A stretch of DNA of 64,000 bases from an uncultured Chloroflexia bacterium (GTDB taxonomy: Bacteria; Chloroflexota; Chloroflexia; QHBQ01; JADMIH01). The translations under genes and the position numbers were made by a program. Positions 20,006 to 31,152 of this stretch are shown piece after piece. The notes under the pieces were generated by a model, which had not been told where the DNA came from, ran no database searches, and saw only the letters and a program-made list of their open reading frames with translations. The stretch is taken from NCBI GenBank assembly GCA_963797095.1, contig CAWCNY010000003.1, forward strand, positions 192,001-256,000. The letters run 5' to 3'. Numbering within the stretch: the first letter of the stretch is position 1; every line of letters starts with the position of its first letter.

Positions 20006-20438
20006 ACTTGTCACCCGTCACTCGCCCCTCAATCTCCGCCTCCAACTCGCTTACCCGATCTTCCAGCGATTGCCATTCGCGAGTCAGGCGTTCGTGATAG
20101 GCTGCCATTTCTACCAGGGTGCGGGCCACCGCCGAATTATAGCGGTTCTGCTGCTCGACTATCGGGTTGATGTACCATCGCAGGAGCACGCGCACTGCAC
20201 GCTTTGTGTACGCACCAAGCCTGCCTACCAGGCGGGTTTCCCACGTTATCGGCAGGTGGGCCGACACGAACCAGCTATCGTTGACCGCCTCTACGCTCCG
20301 CTTCAATTCGGCCAGGTTGAGCGCGTGCGGATCGTCGGGATCGTCAACGGTGAACCGTGCGCGGCGCTCGCGTATCTGCTCGCGCAGTTCATCGAGGATG
20401 GCCGCCACGTCAGGCTCTTGCTGCGGCTTATCAGACAT
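20004..20438 (-). CDS. Coiled-coil hypothetical protein of the glycosylation cluster
   Basis: LLRWYINPIVEQQNRYN motif and heptad-rich C-terminus, similar to the tail of the neighbouring GT2. Confidence 0.75.
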   Translation of the reverse strand: MSDKPQQEPDVAAILDELREQIRERRARFTVDDPDDPHALNLAELKRSVEAVNDSWFVSAHLPITWETRLVGRLGAYTKRAVRVLLRWYINPIVEQQNRYNSAVARTLVEMAAYHERLTREWQSLEDRVSELEAEIEGRVTGDK

Positions 20439-20450
20439 TTACTTCACCCA

Positions 20451-21738
20451 TCAAGCGTTCCGTCTCGCATGCCTCATCTCGCTCTCCAGACCCTCGATTC
20501 GAGCGCGCAGGTCTTCCAACTCAGTAGAGATATCGTCCCCCGGCATACTCACACGCGAGAAGAGTGCGGAATTGAGCGTGGACTGGACCGCCACGCGAGC
20601 CTGTAGCTCGGCCAATTGGTTGGCAAGCTCGCGCACAGTACGCGCTAGCTCCGCGTTATAGTCGATCTGCTTCTCGAAGGCAGGCCACAGGTAAAGCCTG
20701 TTCAACAGGTTTCCTATACGACCACGCATCCCAGCAGGCTTGCGGGTGCGCCCATGCGCCTGCTCGTACACCTGCCAATTCGACATCACCCCCGACATGT
20801 GCGCTTGCATCTCTGCCCACTTCTCGCCCATCAACTCAGGCGATTTGCTATCCGTCTCGGTCTGCTCGGTATTCACAGTGGCTGGTCCATCGAACAGCGC
20901 GAGGGAGGCTTTGCGGTCCTCCTGCTCCATATCGCCCGTTACCCTGGCGGCCTCGGCGGGCAGGAAGTCCATCATCAACTGCTCAGGCGAGTAGTGCTTC
21001 ACCACGAAACGAAGGCGGTTTGCATGGTAGAAGTTGTAGTAAAGCGCGCCTTTTCGGTCCAGGGTAACGGTCTCCTCATGGTAGGCAAGCGCATCGGGCT
21101 GGTAGATGGCGCTCAGGCCCTCTTTCTCGGCCCGCCAGCAGAGGTCCACGTCCTCGTAATAGAGCGGAAAGAAATCGTCATCGAAGAAGCCAAGCGAGCG
21201 CCCCACGTCGCGGCGCATAGCCATGGCCGCGCCCGTCACGAACGACACCTTCTTGGTGAGGTTGTACTGGCCCCGGTCGCGCTCGCCCCGCCCGATGTGG
21301 TTGGTGGTGGCGAGCGGGTAATTGACGACCCCGCCCGCGTGCTGGATGGTCTTGCCGTCGGGATAAAGCACGCGGCTGCCCGCGATGCCGACCCCCGGAT
21401 CGGCAAGGGTGGCGACCACAGCCCGCATCGCATCCCTTGTCGAGGCGCACATCAGGGTTGACCGTACACACGATCTCGCCCTCGGCCATGAACAGGCCCA
21501 CACTCGCCCCGCCAGCGAAGCCCTTGTTGTCGGGCAGGTCAAGCGCCTCCACGCCGGGGAAGCGTTCGCGGATCAATTCCACGCTGCCATCGCTGGAGGC
21601 GTTGTCTACCACTATGATCTCCACCTGCGGATAGTCAAGGGCCTGCAACGATTCAATGCAGCTCAAGATGTGAGCCGCGGTATTGTAGCTCACTATCACC
21701 ACAGAGGCAGAAGGCAAACGGTGTCCATCCATAGTCAC
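20451..21738 (-). CDS. GT2 glycosyltransferase with coiled-coil tail, +1 frameshift near 21435
   Basis: VVDNASSDGS, NKGFAGG and NPD in ORF1; IQHAGG, VTGAAM and YYEDVDLC in ORF2; extra G in AAG-G-GAT; length 3n+1. Confidence 0.87.
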
Positions 21739-21858
21739 GCGACATTATACAATGCAGCGCGCGCAAAGACGAAGGCCGGGAGGGGGCAGGTGTCAAATAG
21801 CGAGATTTAGAGTATGCTGGTATCCTGAACCAGATCCTTGCTGGATGAGGGAAATCCG

Positions 21859-22170
21859 ATGGAAGTTCAATGCACACATGTGACACCGGTTTATGTGCGC
21901 GATGTAGAGCCAAGCGCTCTTGGCTGTGAGGATTGCTTGAAAATCGGTAGCTGGTGGGTACACCTGCGCATCTGCAAAGAGTGCGGGCACGTAGGCTGCT
22001 GCGACAACTCGCCCAACCGCCATGCCACCAAACATTACCACACCACGAAACATCCCATCATACGCTCCTTCGAGCCGGACGAAGAGTGGGGCTACTGCTA
22101 CCAGGATGACGCTTACTTCGAGTCGATGGGCCAGCCTGAGAACAAGGCAGGGGTGCACTATGGCGACTAG
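21859..22170 (+). CDS. UBP-type zinc finger protein
   Basis: CTH..GCEDC..WVHLRICKECGHVGCCDNSPNRHATKH. Confidence 0.93.
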   Translation: MEVQCTHVTPVYVRDVEPSALGCEDCLKIGSWWVHLRICKECGHVGCCDNSPNRHATKHYHTTKHPIIRSFEPDEEWGYCYQDDAYFESMGQPENKAGVHYGD

Positions 22171-22221
22171 ACCCTGACCGAGAAAACCCACAAAACAGGC
22201 GCGCCTTGGAGGCAGCTAACG

Positions 22222-22441
22222 ATGCCAACACAAAGGAACATTATGCGAGACTTAGTTGCGCGCTATGGCTTGAACGAAGAAGGGGTCATCCAGGAGTACG
22301 CCGCCGCTGAAAGACGTGCCGAAGTAAGGCGCAAGAGTAATTAAGTACAACGTATCACCGGAGGCTTACGCGCGCGCTCTTTGGCAAGATGGCGTTCGCA
22401 AGGGTTGGTTCGATGGTGATCATGTTCAAATAGCACGCTGA
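22222..22441 (+). CDS. Small hypothetical protein with probable +1 frameshift near 22341
   Basis: GGAGG SD then MPTQRNIMRDLVARYG...RRKSN*; removing one T continues KYNVSPEAYARALWQDGVRKGWF. Confidence 0.4.
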
Positions 22442-23700
22442 ACGCATCGCCTATATATCTCGATAATCCGCCCGATCTTGTGGTCCCACGTGTGCTCCGC
22501 TAACACCTTGCGACGGCCAGCCTCGCCCAGCATGTGGGCGGCTTCGGGCCTACGCAATAGAAGCTCTATGCGATTGGCGAGCGCCGCCACATCTCCAAAC
22601 TCCACCAGGTAGCCGTCTACCCCATCTGTGATCACTTCGGGCACGCCCCCAGCGTTCGCCCCGATCACAGGCACGCCGTTCAGCCATGCCTCCAGGTACA
22701 CGATCCCGAACGAATCGGTACGCGACGGCATACAGAAGATATTCCCCGCCGCTTGCAGGTCCTTCTTGTCGGCGTCCGAGATAAAGCCAAGCCACCTGCA
22801 CTTCCGACGCACTTCATCCGGCAGAGCCTCGTAATACGCCCTGAACTTATCAAGCATCGTAGATCCCGCCATGATGAAGGTGGCATCCACGCCCCGCGCC
22901 CACACCTTTTGCATGGCCTCAATGGTGTGGGCCGTGCCTTTGTCGTGTGCCGCCGCCCCTATGTAGTACACAATCGGGCCCTCCACCCCGTACTTCTCCC
23001 TGAACCGCCCGCCATTGCCGCCCACCACCTCCCACGGATTGACCCCCACACCCACGCGCTCCATCTTCTTTGGCGACACTCCCAGTTCGGCCAGGTAGTC
23101 GCGCTCAAGGCGGGTCTGCACGATCACACGGGTAGCCCTCTTTTCGAGGTCGATCTGGTGGGGCATCGTATAATAGCGGCTGATCGAGTCGTCGCCCGGC
23201 TCGCCCAGGTGCGTGAACGGAGTGATCATGTGCGGTATCCCCGCCCTCTCCGCGTAGTCGGCGGCATCAGCGATCATCAACTCAAAGGGAATATTGGTGG
23301 TATGCACAAGGTCGAACGCGCCCGGCGGCAGGGCACGCAAAGCGCGTCGCAGGGAAGGTATCCAGGGCGTGAGCCGCGACATCCTGTACAAAAGCCTCAC
23401 GCTGTTCGGCCCCAACTCCGCAAGTTCCGCCATCGCCCTGCGCCACCCCCTGTAATATATAGAGGGAAACGGCCAATGCTTCACTCGAAACCGGCGGATC
23501 GCCACCCCGTTGTGCATCTCCCGCTCGGTTGGTATTCGCTTCGCCTGGCCCGACCAGAAGTAATCGAGGTCCCAGGCGTCGGTGGTCCACACCTCCACCC
23601 GGTGCCCATCGCGGGCCAGGCGCTCGGAAAGCTCCTGAAAATATAGCTCGGAGCCGCCGATGTAGGGGTAATATCGTTGGATGATGTGGAGGATGCGCAT
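22426..23700 (-). CDS. GT4 glycosyltransferase
   Basis: MRILHIIQRYYPYIGGSE; DKG; DSFGIVYLEAW; GGVPEVI.DG. Confidence 0.92.
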   Translation of the reverse strand: MRILHIIQRYYPYIGGSELYFQELSERLARDGHRVEVWTTDAWDLDYFWSGQAKRIPTEREMHNGVAIRRFRVKHWPFPSIYYRGWRRAMAELAELGPNSVRLLYRMSRLTPWIPSLRRALRALPPGAFDLVHTTNIPFELMIADAADYAERAGIPHMITPFTHLGEPGDDSISRYYTMPHQIDLEKRATRVIVQTRLERDYLAELGVSPKKMERVGVGVNPWEVVGGNGGRFREKYGVEGPIVYYIGAAAHDKGTAHTIEAMQKVWARGVDATFIMAGSTMLDKFRAYYEALPDEVRRKCRWLGFISDADKKDLQAAGNIFCMPSRTDSFGIVYLEAWLNGVPVIGANAGGVPEVITDGVDGYLVEFGDVAALANRIELLLRRPEAAHMLGEAGRRKVLAEHTWDHKIGRIIEIYRRCVQRAI

Positions 23701-23844
23701 GACGCGTGGCAGAGGAACCCACGATAGTTCCCCCGGGCACGAACAGTACCAATTATGCCAGATAGGAGCCTGGAACGTCCACGTGCTACAATGTGCCCCG
23801 GAACAGATCGATTCATAAGCACGCTGAATCGCAGGAGGCAACCG

Positions 23845-24384
23845 ATGATCAAAGCGCTCGGATGGCGATTAGCTCACGCACGCGTCGCGGGTCCGCTAAT
23901 AATAACGGCGATCTTCCTCTTTTGCTCGACTTTCGGCCTGGCCATAGGCACTCTGCTCAAAACCGAACACACCCGGTTCACAGAGCTACCCGTCTACCCC
24001 AATACCCAGTCCCTGACCGCTCTTTCGCCAGGGCGCATTGGCTCGCTGAGCACGCCCACTGCCACGCCCATCACGCCGCCTGTAACGCTGACCAACTTCA
24101 CGTTCGCCACCTCAGACACACACGAGCAGGTACTCGCTTTCTACAAACAGGCGATGGAGCACGATTTCGGCATGCAGCTGCAAGGTGGCGACGCCACCAC
24201 AAACGTATCAGATGGGGTGGCGATCATGCGCTACTTGCGGGCCGCCCTCTACCGGAACTGGACCGTGAGCAACGACATAGTGCCGAGTTTGTGGGTGCTT
24301 GAAAGAGTGACTATCACTGTGGACTGGCAGACGCCGGGCGTAACGCGCGCCACTGTCAGCCTGGATGTGCAGCCACTCCCCTAG
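23845..24384 (+). CDS. Membrane-anchored hypothetical protein
   Basis: AGGAGG SD; one TM helix; LPVYP...EQVLAFYK pattern; PT-rich loop. Confidence 0.65.
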   Translation: MIKALGWRLAHARVAGPLIITAIFLFCSTFGLAIGTLLKTEHTRFTELPVYPNTQSLTALSPGRIGSLSTPTATPITPPVTLTNFTFATSDTHEQVLAFYKQAMEHDFGMQLQGGDATTNVSDGVAIMRYLRAALYRNWTVSNDIVPSLWVLERVTITVDWQTPGVTRATVSLDVQPLP

Positions 24385-24394
24385 CCAACCACAA

Positions 24395-24772
24395 TCAGCC
24401 GATCAGGCGCGCCACCACAACCCCCAGGTAGGCGGCCACCAGCGATCCGGCCACGCTGATCAATATATTCCAGAGGGCGGGCAGCAGATCTCCCCCTTCG
24501 AGCAACACGATATTGTCGTAGCTGAAGGTGGAGAAAGTCGTGTAGGCCCCCAGGAAGCCGACTCCCAACAGGAGGCGATAGCCTGGATCGGCCACGATCC
24601 GGTTGCTGATCAGCACAATCACGAATCCAAGCAAAAAGCTGCCCGTGATATTGATCAGGAGGGTGCCGAAAGGGAACGCGGCACCGAAACGTCCTGCTAT
24701 ATAGTTGGTAAGCCAGTAGCGCACGTTTGCACCCAGCGCGGCACCACCGCCGATCAGGAGGAACTCACGCAT
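24395..24772 (-). CDS. crcB: Fluoride efflux channel Fluc
   Basis: GGGAALGANVRY, FPFGTLLINITGSF, GFLGAYTTFSTF. Confidence 0.96.
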   Translation of the reverse strand: MREFLLIGGGAALGANVRYWLTNYIAGRFGAAFPFGTLLINITGSFLLGFVIVLISNRIVADPGYRLLLGVGFLGAYTTFSTFSYDNIVLLEGGDLLPALWNILISVAGSLVAAYLGVVVARLIG

Positions 24773-25181
24773 TGCCCGCACCTCCTGTCTGCTTGTGCGG
24801 GTGAAGGTAAGAATGACCTTCAAGGTCTTGCACCGTGATCAAACCGCCGTTGGGGCGGACAAGCTCTTCCAGTTGCGGAAGGAAAGCACCCACGCGCTCT
24901 TGTGTATCGACAATCAGAATTACCAGCGGTAGGCGTTGCTGGAGGTCGGCGAAGCCCGCCCTGTGTATAGACCGGCTGGAAGCGCTGTAGCCCGCCACGC
25001 CTTTCACGACGGTAGCGCCCGCGCCGCCCTCGCGCACCATTTCCAGTATTTTCAGGTATAACGGACGATGGCCCCAGTGGTCCGTCTCCTGAATATAGAC
25101 CGTAAGTTGTTGCATCTTCGTAAATCCTTCATGGCTAGGGTCGCCGGGAGGGCTGCCACCTGTCATATTGTTGTCTGACAT
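24765..25181 (-). CDS. DUF190 (PII-like) protein
   Basis: LTVYIQETDHW..RPLY, GATVVKGVAGY, LPLVILIVD; usual crcB neighbour. Confidence 0.85.
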   Translation of the reverse strand: MSDNNMTGGSPPGDPSHEGFTKMQQLTVYIQETDHWGHRPLYLKILEMVREGGAGATVVKGVAGYSASSRSIHRAGFADLQQRLPLVILIVDTQERVGAFLPQLEELVRPNGGLITVQDLEGHSYLHPHKQTGGAGNA

Positions 25182-25249
25182 CGCTTTGCTCCGGAAGCTA
25201 GATGCGCTACTTACGAAAATAGCCTCTACGAGCATCACCTTGGATGTCT

Positions 25250-25314
25250 GTAGAAGCTATCGGTTCAGGGAACGTTGGCGTCTTGCAATTACGCCCGGCG
25301 AGCCTCATCACCTA
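25250..25314 (-). ncRNA. Fluoride riboswitch (crcB motif)
   Basis: Minus strand GGTGATGAGGCTCGCC...AACGTTCCCTGAACCGATAGCTTCTAC matches the GGnGAUGnnnYUCGCC...GAUrrCUYCUAC pseudoknot consensus; lies upstream of DUF190-crcB. Confidence 0.88.
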
Positions 25315-25457
25315 CGCCTGAATTGTAACAGCTTTCACAATAAAGTGTCAACTTCGTAATTGCCGGCAATATGTGGGCAGTAATCGCGTTGCGACCTACC
25401 AAACGGGTACGATATAATCGACACATGGGAAGCAGCCTCTAATGTTGGGCTGGTTCG

Positions 25458-28400
25458 TTGGCAGACCGTATCACCCGGAGGTCTCAGTTGTCACGGCGAA
25501 CGATTCGCCTCAAAACTACATTGCCGGTGCGTATCGCTCGTTCCGCGAATACGCCACAACAGCCGTCCCCGGACGGCAACGACACCAATCCAACCCCTGA
25601 GGAAACGCCGGACACTCCCGTCCCGGCAACTCCGGTGCCTCTCCGCAACGCCCTCTTGCCACTGGCCGGAGGTTTGGGCGCGCTCGCCCTCGCGGGGCTG
25701 GGCGAGGCGCTCGTAGAGGCGCAGGATAAAAGCATCCTGAGCCTGCTTCTCTACCTTGCCGCGATCGGGCTGTTCGCCTGGAGCGCCACCTTCCTCACCG
25801 CCCCGCCCGGCGACCTACCCTCGAAAGACCGCCCCCCGGAGCGCCCGCGCGAAGGCGATTGGACCGCGTGGGCTATCTTGGGCGTGGGGCTTGCCGGCGC
25901 CCTCGTCCTGAACCTGATTGCCTTTCTCATGCTGCGCGACTACCTCGGCTCGGAGCCTGGCAAGTGGCTGTGGCTGGCGAGCCTGATAGTAGTAGCAGCC
26001 ACCGGGATCGCGCTCCACAGGAGATTTAGCTGGCCTGCGCGCTGGCTTGGCGGTGTGTGGCCCCGCGCCTCGTGGAACAGGTGGTTAGTCGTCGGGTGCA
26101 TCGTGGTCATCGGCGTGGCTGCGGTGGCCGCGCGCTTCGTGTCCCTCGACACCGTGCCGTTCGGCATCAACGCCGACGAAGGCGACCGCGCGGCCACCGC
26201 GATCCAGATCCTGCGCGGCACCAACACCGATAGCATGTTCGGCGATGGCTGGTATCAGATCTCGATGGTCTATTTCACCATGCTGTCCTGGCTGCTCAAG
26301 CTGATCGGCATCGGCTTCGTGCAGGCGCGCATGTTCGGAGCCACCGCCAGCGTGATCGCACTAGCCATCATCATCTGGATAGGCGCGAGGCATTTCAACT
26401 GGCGCGTGGGCCTGATGGCGGGTGGCATATTTGCCCTCCTCGGCATCGCCCTGCAATTCGCCCGCGAAACAAGCGAGTCGGGGCCGACCGCCACGCTGTG
26501 GGCGCTCAGCATCGCCTGCTTCCTCGAAGCCGCGCGCACGGGCAGGATGTGGGCCTGGGTGGGCGCCGGCCTATCGGGGGGCTTCTCGATCTATTTCTAC
26601 CCCACCGGAAGGCTCTGGGCCGCCCTGGCTGCTGTGGTCTGCATCTATCTATTCGTTCACGGCCTGGGCGGCAGGCGAGCAGCAATCGCTCGCGGCACGG
26701 TGGTGGCCGCCCTCGCCGCCATAATGATAATGTCGCCTTTCGGGGCCGATATGTTGAGGGCACCTGAGAACTTCACTCTGAGGGCCCGCGATACCTCTAT
26801 CTTCACCCAGGATAACCCCACCCGGCTGCACTACTACGACCCTGCATGGTCCACGTCCAGATTGCTGGTCGAGCAGACTATACGCGGGGTCGGTGCCATC
26901 AACCAGTTCCTCGACGATGGCGGCTTCTGGCCCACCGACAAACCGATAATGAGCGGCTTGCTTGCCGTGCTCATGCTCATTGGGCTGGGCTGGGTCTGCC
27001 TGCATCTGCGCGACCCTCGTTATGCGATAATCGCGGCGTGGTTCTGGTTCGGACTGGTGGGCGTAATCGTGACCGTCGAGACTCCCAATTTCCAGCGCAT
27101 GGGCACAGCTATCCCCACGCTTGCTATCATTCCCGCCCTTGTGCTGGAAAGCCTGATCAGGCGGGTGCAAGCGCTGGTAGCCGGACTGCGCATCGACTGG
27201 GCGCGATACGGCACAATCGCTGCCACGGCAGCAGCCGGGTTGATAGTGGTCTGGATCGGGTTGAGCCAGGTGATCTTCTATTTTGACGACTACGGGAAGC
27301 GCGACAGGTGGCCGCAGCCCACCATCCAGGGCAACGCCGTCAACGACCAGGGCACCGACACGCTCACCATCACCCTTGCCCGCAGTTTCCACATGGTCAA
27401 TTCGGGCTGGGTGCAATTGCTCGCGCCCTACACTCCACACGGTGGAATGCGCTACCCCGGCAGCGACCTGCCACTTGCCGAGCCTGCCGACACGAGTTCT
27501 CGCCTTCATGATTTACCCCGACCAGAAATACTACCTCCCCTATCTGCACGATCTCTACCCGTCCGGGTCGGCACAACCTTATACCAATCCCTCCGAGGGC
27601 ACGGTAGTGACAATGTATCGCGTACCACAGGATGAGTGGGCCTCACAGCAGGGCGCGATGGCACAGCTCAACGGCGGAAATGCCATGCGCGTGCCAACAT
27701 TGGGGGCGCAGCCGCCCGGCCTTTCCGGCTACCCGGCTCAGATAAAATGGACTGCCGGGCTGCGCGTTCAGGCCTATTGGAACTACGCATTCCGCATCGG
27801 TCCAGGCCCCTCTCACCTGGTGATAGACGGCATGGAAGTGCTGAATGTGCCCATCGGCACTCCTTCCATGGAAGCGACCGTATCGTTGGCAGCGGGCGAC
27901 CACGCGGTGCTCTATGAGGGCACATTCGACTCGGCCCCGGTATTCGAATGGGCACAGAGCGGGGTCCCTGACGCCGGCGGCAACATGCCACCCCTCGCCT
28001 GGCGTCCCGCCCAGACCGAGGAACTAATGTCGCAAGAGACCCAGCCCAGGAGTCTTTATGGCGTGGTGCAGGTACAGGACAGGCCCGAACAGCACCTTCT
28101 GAGCAATACGATTGCGCAGTGCTGTCTGAGCGGCGTTGTAAGCAACGACGGCAGGCCCTACACCGTCACCTGGACCGGAAGCCTGGATGCTCCAACCACC
28201 GGAACCTACACTATGACCCTGCTGATGGAGGGCACGGGCCATCTGCTGATCGACGGCAGGCAGTTAATTCAGAGCGTGGAGCCAACGGATAATCCGATCT
28301 CGGCTGAACTTGCGCTTGAAGCGGGTAAGCATACCATCGAGCTAAAGATGGAAGCCCAAAACACGCGCGGCGACATCGAGTTGCGCTGGACACCGCCCGG

Positions 28401-28536
28401 CGGGCAAGACTCCATCGTCCCACCCTCGGTGCTCTCACCTCCCGAAGGGGTGGGCGTGGGCCAGCCCCTCGATCTTACCACCTTCATCGACGTGCCTGTG
28501 ACCCTGGCCCACCAGCCACTCGAAACCACCCGTTAA
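25458..28536 (+). CDS. GT39/ArnT-like membrane glycosyltransferase with C-terminal PA14-like domains, +1 frameshift near 27497
   Basis: About 15 TM helices, PFGINADE, SIYFYPTGR; second frame has WTGSLDAPTTGTYT, LLIDG, LEAGKH and LRWTPPGG (PA14-like); length 3n+1. Confidence 0.82.
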
Positions 28537-28806
28537 CGCCCGAAACGCCCTAACTCCGGTATTTCAAAACCACCTATAGAGGCCAGGCAGATCTCCCTGC
28601 GTACTTGCCGGAAGCGTGGAGGGCAAGGAATTCAGGCACAGGTTAGGCACTGAACTCATGCAGGGCATAGACGAGAAGGACCGGGCACACCTGCTACACA
28701 GCATGGCCCGCATCCAGGAAAACACACAAGCCATCCGAAGCGCCGAGAACGAATCCCCAGCCATAGGAATCGGTCTCCAGTAGGAGCGCCATACATCCGC
28801 AGACCC

Positions 28807-28836
28807 TTGACACCCCGCGCCAGACACAACTATACT
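28807..28836 (+). promoter_or_regulatory. sigma70 promoter of the trpS leader
   Basis: TTGACA-N18-TATACT. Confidence 0.75.
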
Positions 28837-28861
28837 GATCCCATACAATCAAATACTTGAA

Positions 28862-29160
28862 AAGGCTAAGATCAGAGCTAGTAGCCACCGGAGCGAAGCC
28901 ACAGAGAGCCGGGCAAGCTGGGAACCGGCGCAGGCGCGGGAGGTGAATGGGTCTGTGAGCCGTAAGCTGAACAACTCGTGATACAAGATCACCCCCGTCA
29001 AGTAGGCCGATCCGTAAATCTCCAACGTTACAGGAGCAGCAGTAGAGTAAGTAATCACGTATCACGTTTTACGCATCACTGCAAAGAGCGCGGCAGGAAT
29101 GCCGAATCAGGGTGGTACCGCGGGTAAGCCCCGTCCCTTCTTTGGGACGAGGGCGTTTTT
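28862..29160 (+). ncRNA. T-box riboswitch, Trp specifier
   Basis: Stem I AGAGAGCCGG..GCTGGGAACCGGC; specifier GAATGG with UGG at 28948-28950; T-box AATCAGGGTGGTACCGCG at 29105-29122; terminator hairpin plus T-run at 29128-29160. Confidence 0.93.
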
Positions 29161-29206
29161 GTGTACTTAGCCAGAAGACCACCTCCTAATAAACAAAACC
29201 CAAAAC

Positions 29207-29268
29207 CCGGCAACCAGGAACCGGCAACCAGGAACTAGGAACAGATAACCGACTACCGACTACCAGGA
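29207..29268. repeat. Degenerate heptamer array (CCGGCAA/CCAGGAA/CCGACTA)
   Basis: About nine 7-bp units running into the trpS SD. Confidence 0.75.
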
Positions 29269-29278
29269 GGAAACGACA

Positions 29279-30298
29279 ATGACCAAGAAACGCATACTAA
29301 CGGGCGACCGCCCAACCGGGCCGCTCCACCTGGGGCACTATGTCGGCTCCCTGGCGGACCGCATCAGGTTGCAGCAGGAATACGACAGCTACATCCTGAT
29401 CGCCGACGTGCAGGCCCTCACCGACAACTTCGACAACCCCCAGCGCGTGCGCGACAACGTCTTCGAGGTAGCCACCGACTACCTCGCGGTGGGCCTCGAC
29501 CCTGAGATCGTCACCATCGTCGTGCAATCCCTCGTGCCCCAGATCGCCGAGCTAACCGTCCTCTTCGCCAATCTCGTGACCGTAGCCCGGCTTGAGCGCA
29601 ACCCCACCGTCAAGGACGAGATGAGAGAGAAGGGCATGGAGGACAACGTCACCTTCGGCTTCCTCGGCTATCCAGTCTCGCAGGCCGCCGATATCATGTT
29701 CGTCAACGCCAATCTCGTGCCAGTGGGCGACGACCAGGCCCCCATGGTCGAGCTTACTCGCGACATAGTGATCAGGTTCAACAACATCTACGGCGACACC
29801 CTCAATGTGCCCGACCTCATGATCGGCCACGTGCCACGCCTCCCCGGCACCGATGGCAAAGCCAAGATGAGCAAGTCCACCGGCAACGCCATCTACCTCA
29901 AAGACACTCCCGAAGAGGTGCAGCGCAAGGTGATGAGCATGTACACCGACCCCACCCGCCTCCGCGCCACCGACCCCGGCCACGTGGAGGGCAACCCCGT
30001 CTTCACCTACCACGACGCCTTCAACCCCAACAAAGAGGAAGTGGAGGAGTTCAAGCGCCTCTACCGTATCGGCGGTATCGGTGACGTCGCCGTCAAGAAG
30101 GCTCTAGTTAAAGCCCTCAACGACTTCCTCGACCCCATCCGCGAGCGACGAGCCCAGTTCGAGCAGAAGCCGGAGATGGTGCGCGAGATCGTAATGGAAG
30201 GCACCCGCCGCGCCCGCAAGCGAGGCGAAGAAAGCATGCGCCTCGTCCGCCACGCCATGAAAATAGACTACTTCCCGGGAACAGATCTGGAAGTTTGA
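29279..30298 (+). CDS. trpS: Tryptophanyl-tRNA synthetase
   Basis: [14 protein letters not shown] (HIGH-like), [21 protein letters not shown]; Trp T-box upstream. Confidence 0.97.
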   Translation: MTKKRILTGDRPTGPLHLGHYVGSLADRIRLQQEYDSYILIADVQALTDNFDNPQRVRDNVFEVATDYLAVGLDPEIVTIVVQSLVPQIAELTVLFANLVTVARLERNPTVKDEMREKGMEDNVTFGFLGYPVSQAADIMFVNANLVPVGDDQAPMVELTRDIVIRFNNIYGDTLNVPDLMIGHVPRLPGTDGKAKMSKSTGNAIYLKDTPEEVQRKVMSMYTDPTRLRATDPGHVEGNPVFTYHDAFNPNKEEVEEFKRLYRIGGIGDVAVKKALVKALNDFLDPIRERRAQFEQKPEMVREIVMEGTRRARKRGEESMRLVRHAMKIDYFPGTDLEV

Positions 30299-30410
30299 GG
30301 TTCCGGCTCCTAGCTCAATAATGTCAAGCAACAAGAGGTATTAGCCGGATGGTTCATTGAGTATGCCTGCTGGCATTTTGTATGCAAAGCCGCACTTAGC
30401 TATCAGCCAC

Positions 30411-30965
30411 CTAAGCGGCAGTACGAATGGCGCTTCTGCCCTCCGCCACAACATAGGCAACGGTCAACCATGTAACCACCGTACAGCCAATCACCGGAAC
30501 GACTATCCATACGCTGATTTCACCCACCATGGAGGACGCACTAAAAGCCAGGAACGTGGTCGCTACGATCAGCACCCACAGGATGCCGGTGGCGTAATAT
30601 TGTCTGACATGGAATAGGGCGGCAAGAGGCAAGAAGTGAAGCCCTACAATTGCCATGATGACAGGCACAAGAACGTTCGGGTCGTCCACAAAACTGCTCA
30701 CCAAAGCTATCGCCGCGCCTTCCAGCAGGAAAATCAAACCGAAGAATATCCCCAGACGCAGTCCCTCTCTTTTGCCACGGGCTATTGAATCCGGATCGGT
30801 AGACGATGGCAACTGTAAGGCGGCGCGTAGATACACTATGCAGATAGCTACCAGTCCGATGGCCACAACCACGCTGCTCCCAATCAATATCACTGCGAGG
30901 AGAGTAGCACCGTTGGTCAGCCACAAGATAGATAAAACTATGGCATAAGCCGTCGCCACGAACAC
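30411..30965 (-). CDS. Multi-TM hypothetical protein; 5' end looks degraded
   Basis: Five or six TM helices with IVGLHFLPLA; upstream hydrophobic segment is in another frame. Confidence 0.6.
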   Translation of the reverse strand: MFVATAYAIVLSILWLTNGATLLAVILIGSSVVVAIGLVAICIVYLRAALQLPSSTDPDSIARGKREGLRLGIFFGLIFLLEGAAIALVSSFVDDPNVLVPVIMAIVGLHFLPLAALFHVRQYYATGILWVLIVATTFLAFSASSMVGEISVWIVVPVIGCTVVTWLTVAYVVAEGRSAIRTAA

Positions 30966-31152
30966 CAGCCAGAGCGCGCCGGAAGCACGGCCAATATGAT
31001 AAGCACGCCAACCACCAGGGCTTATTGATCCGGAAGACGCTCCGTTCTTCGTTATGAGTTCGTTACTTGCATGGCTGTACCTTACTCTAAGGAATGCATT
31101 GTACCAGACTTAGGTCGACTGATGCATTAAATCTATCTGCTACAATGAACCC

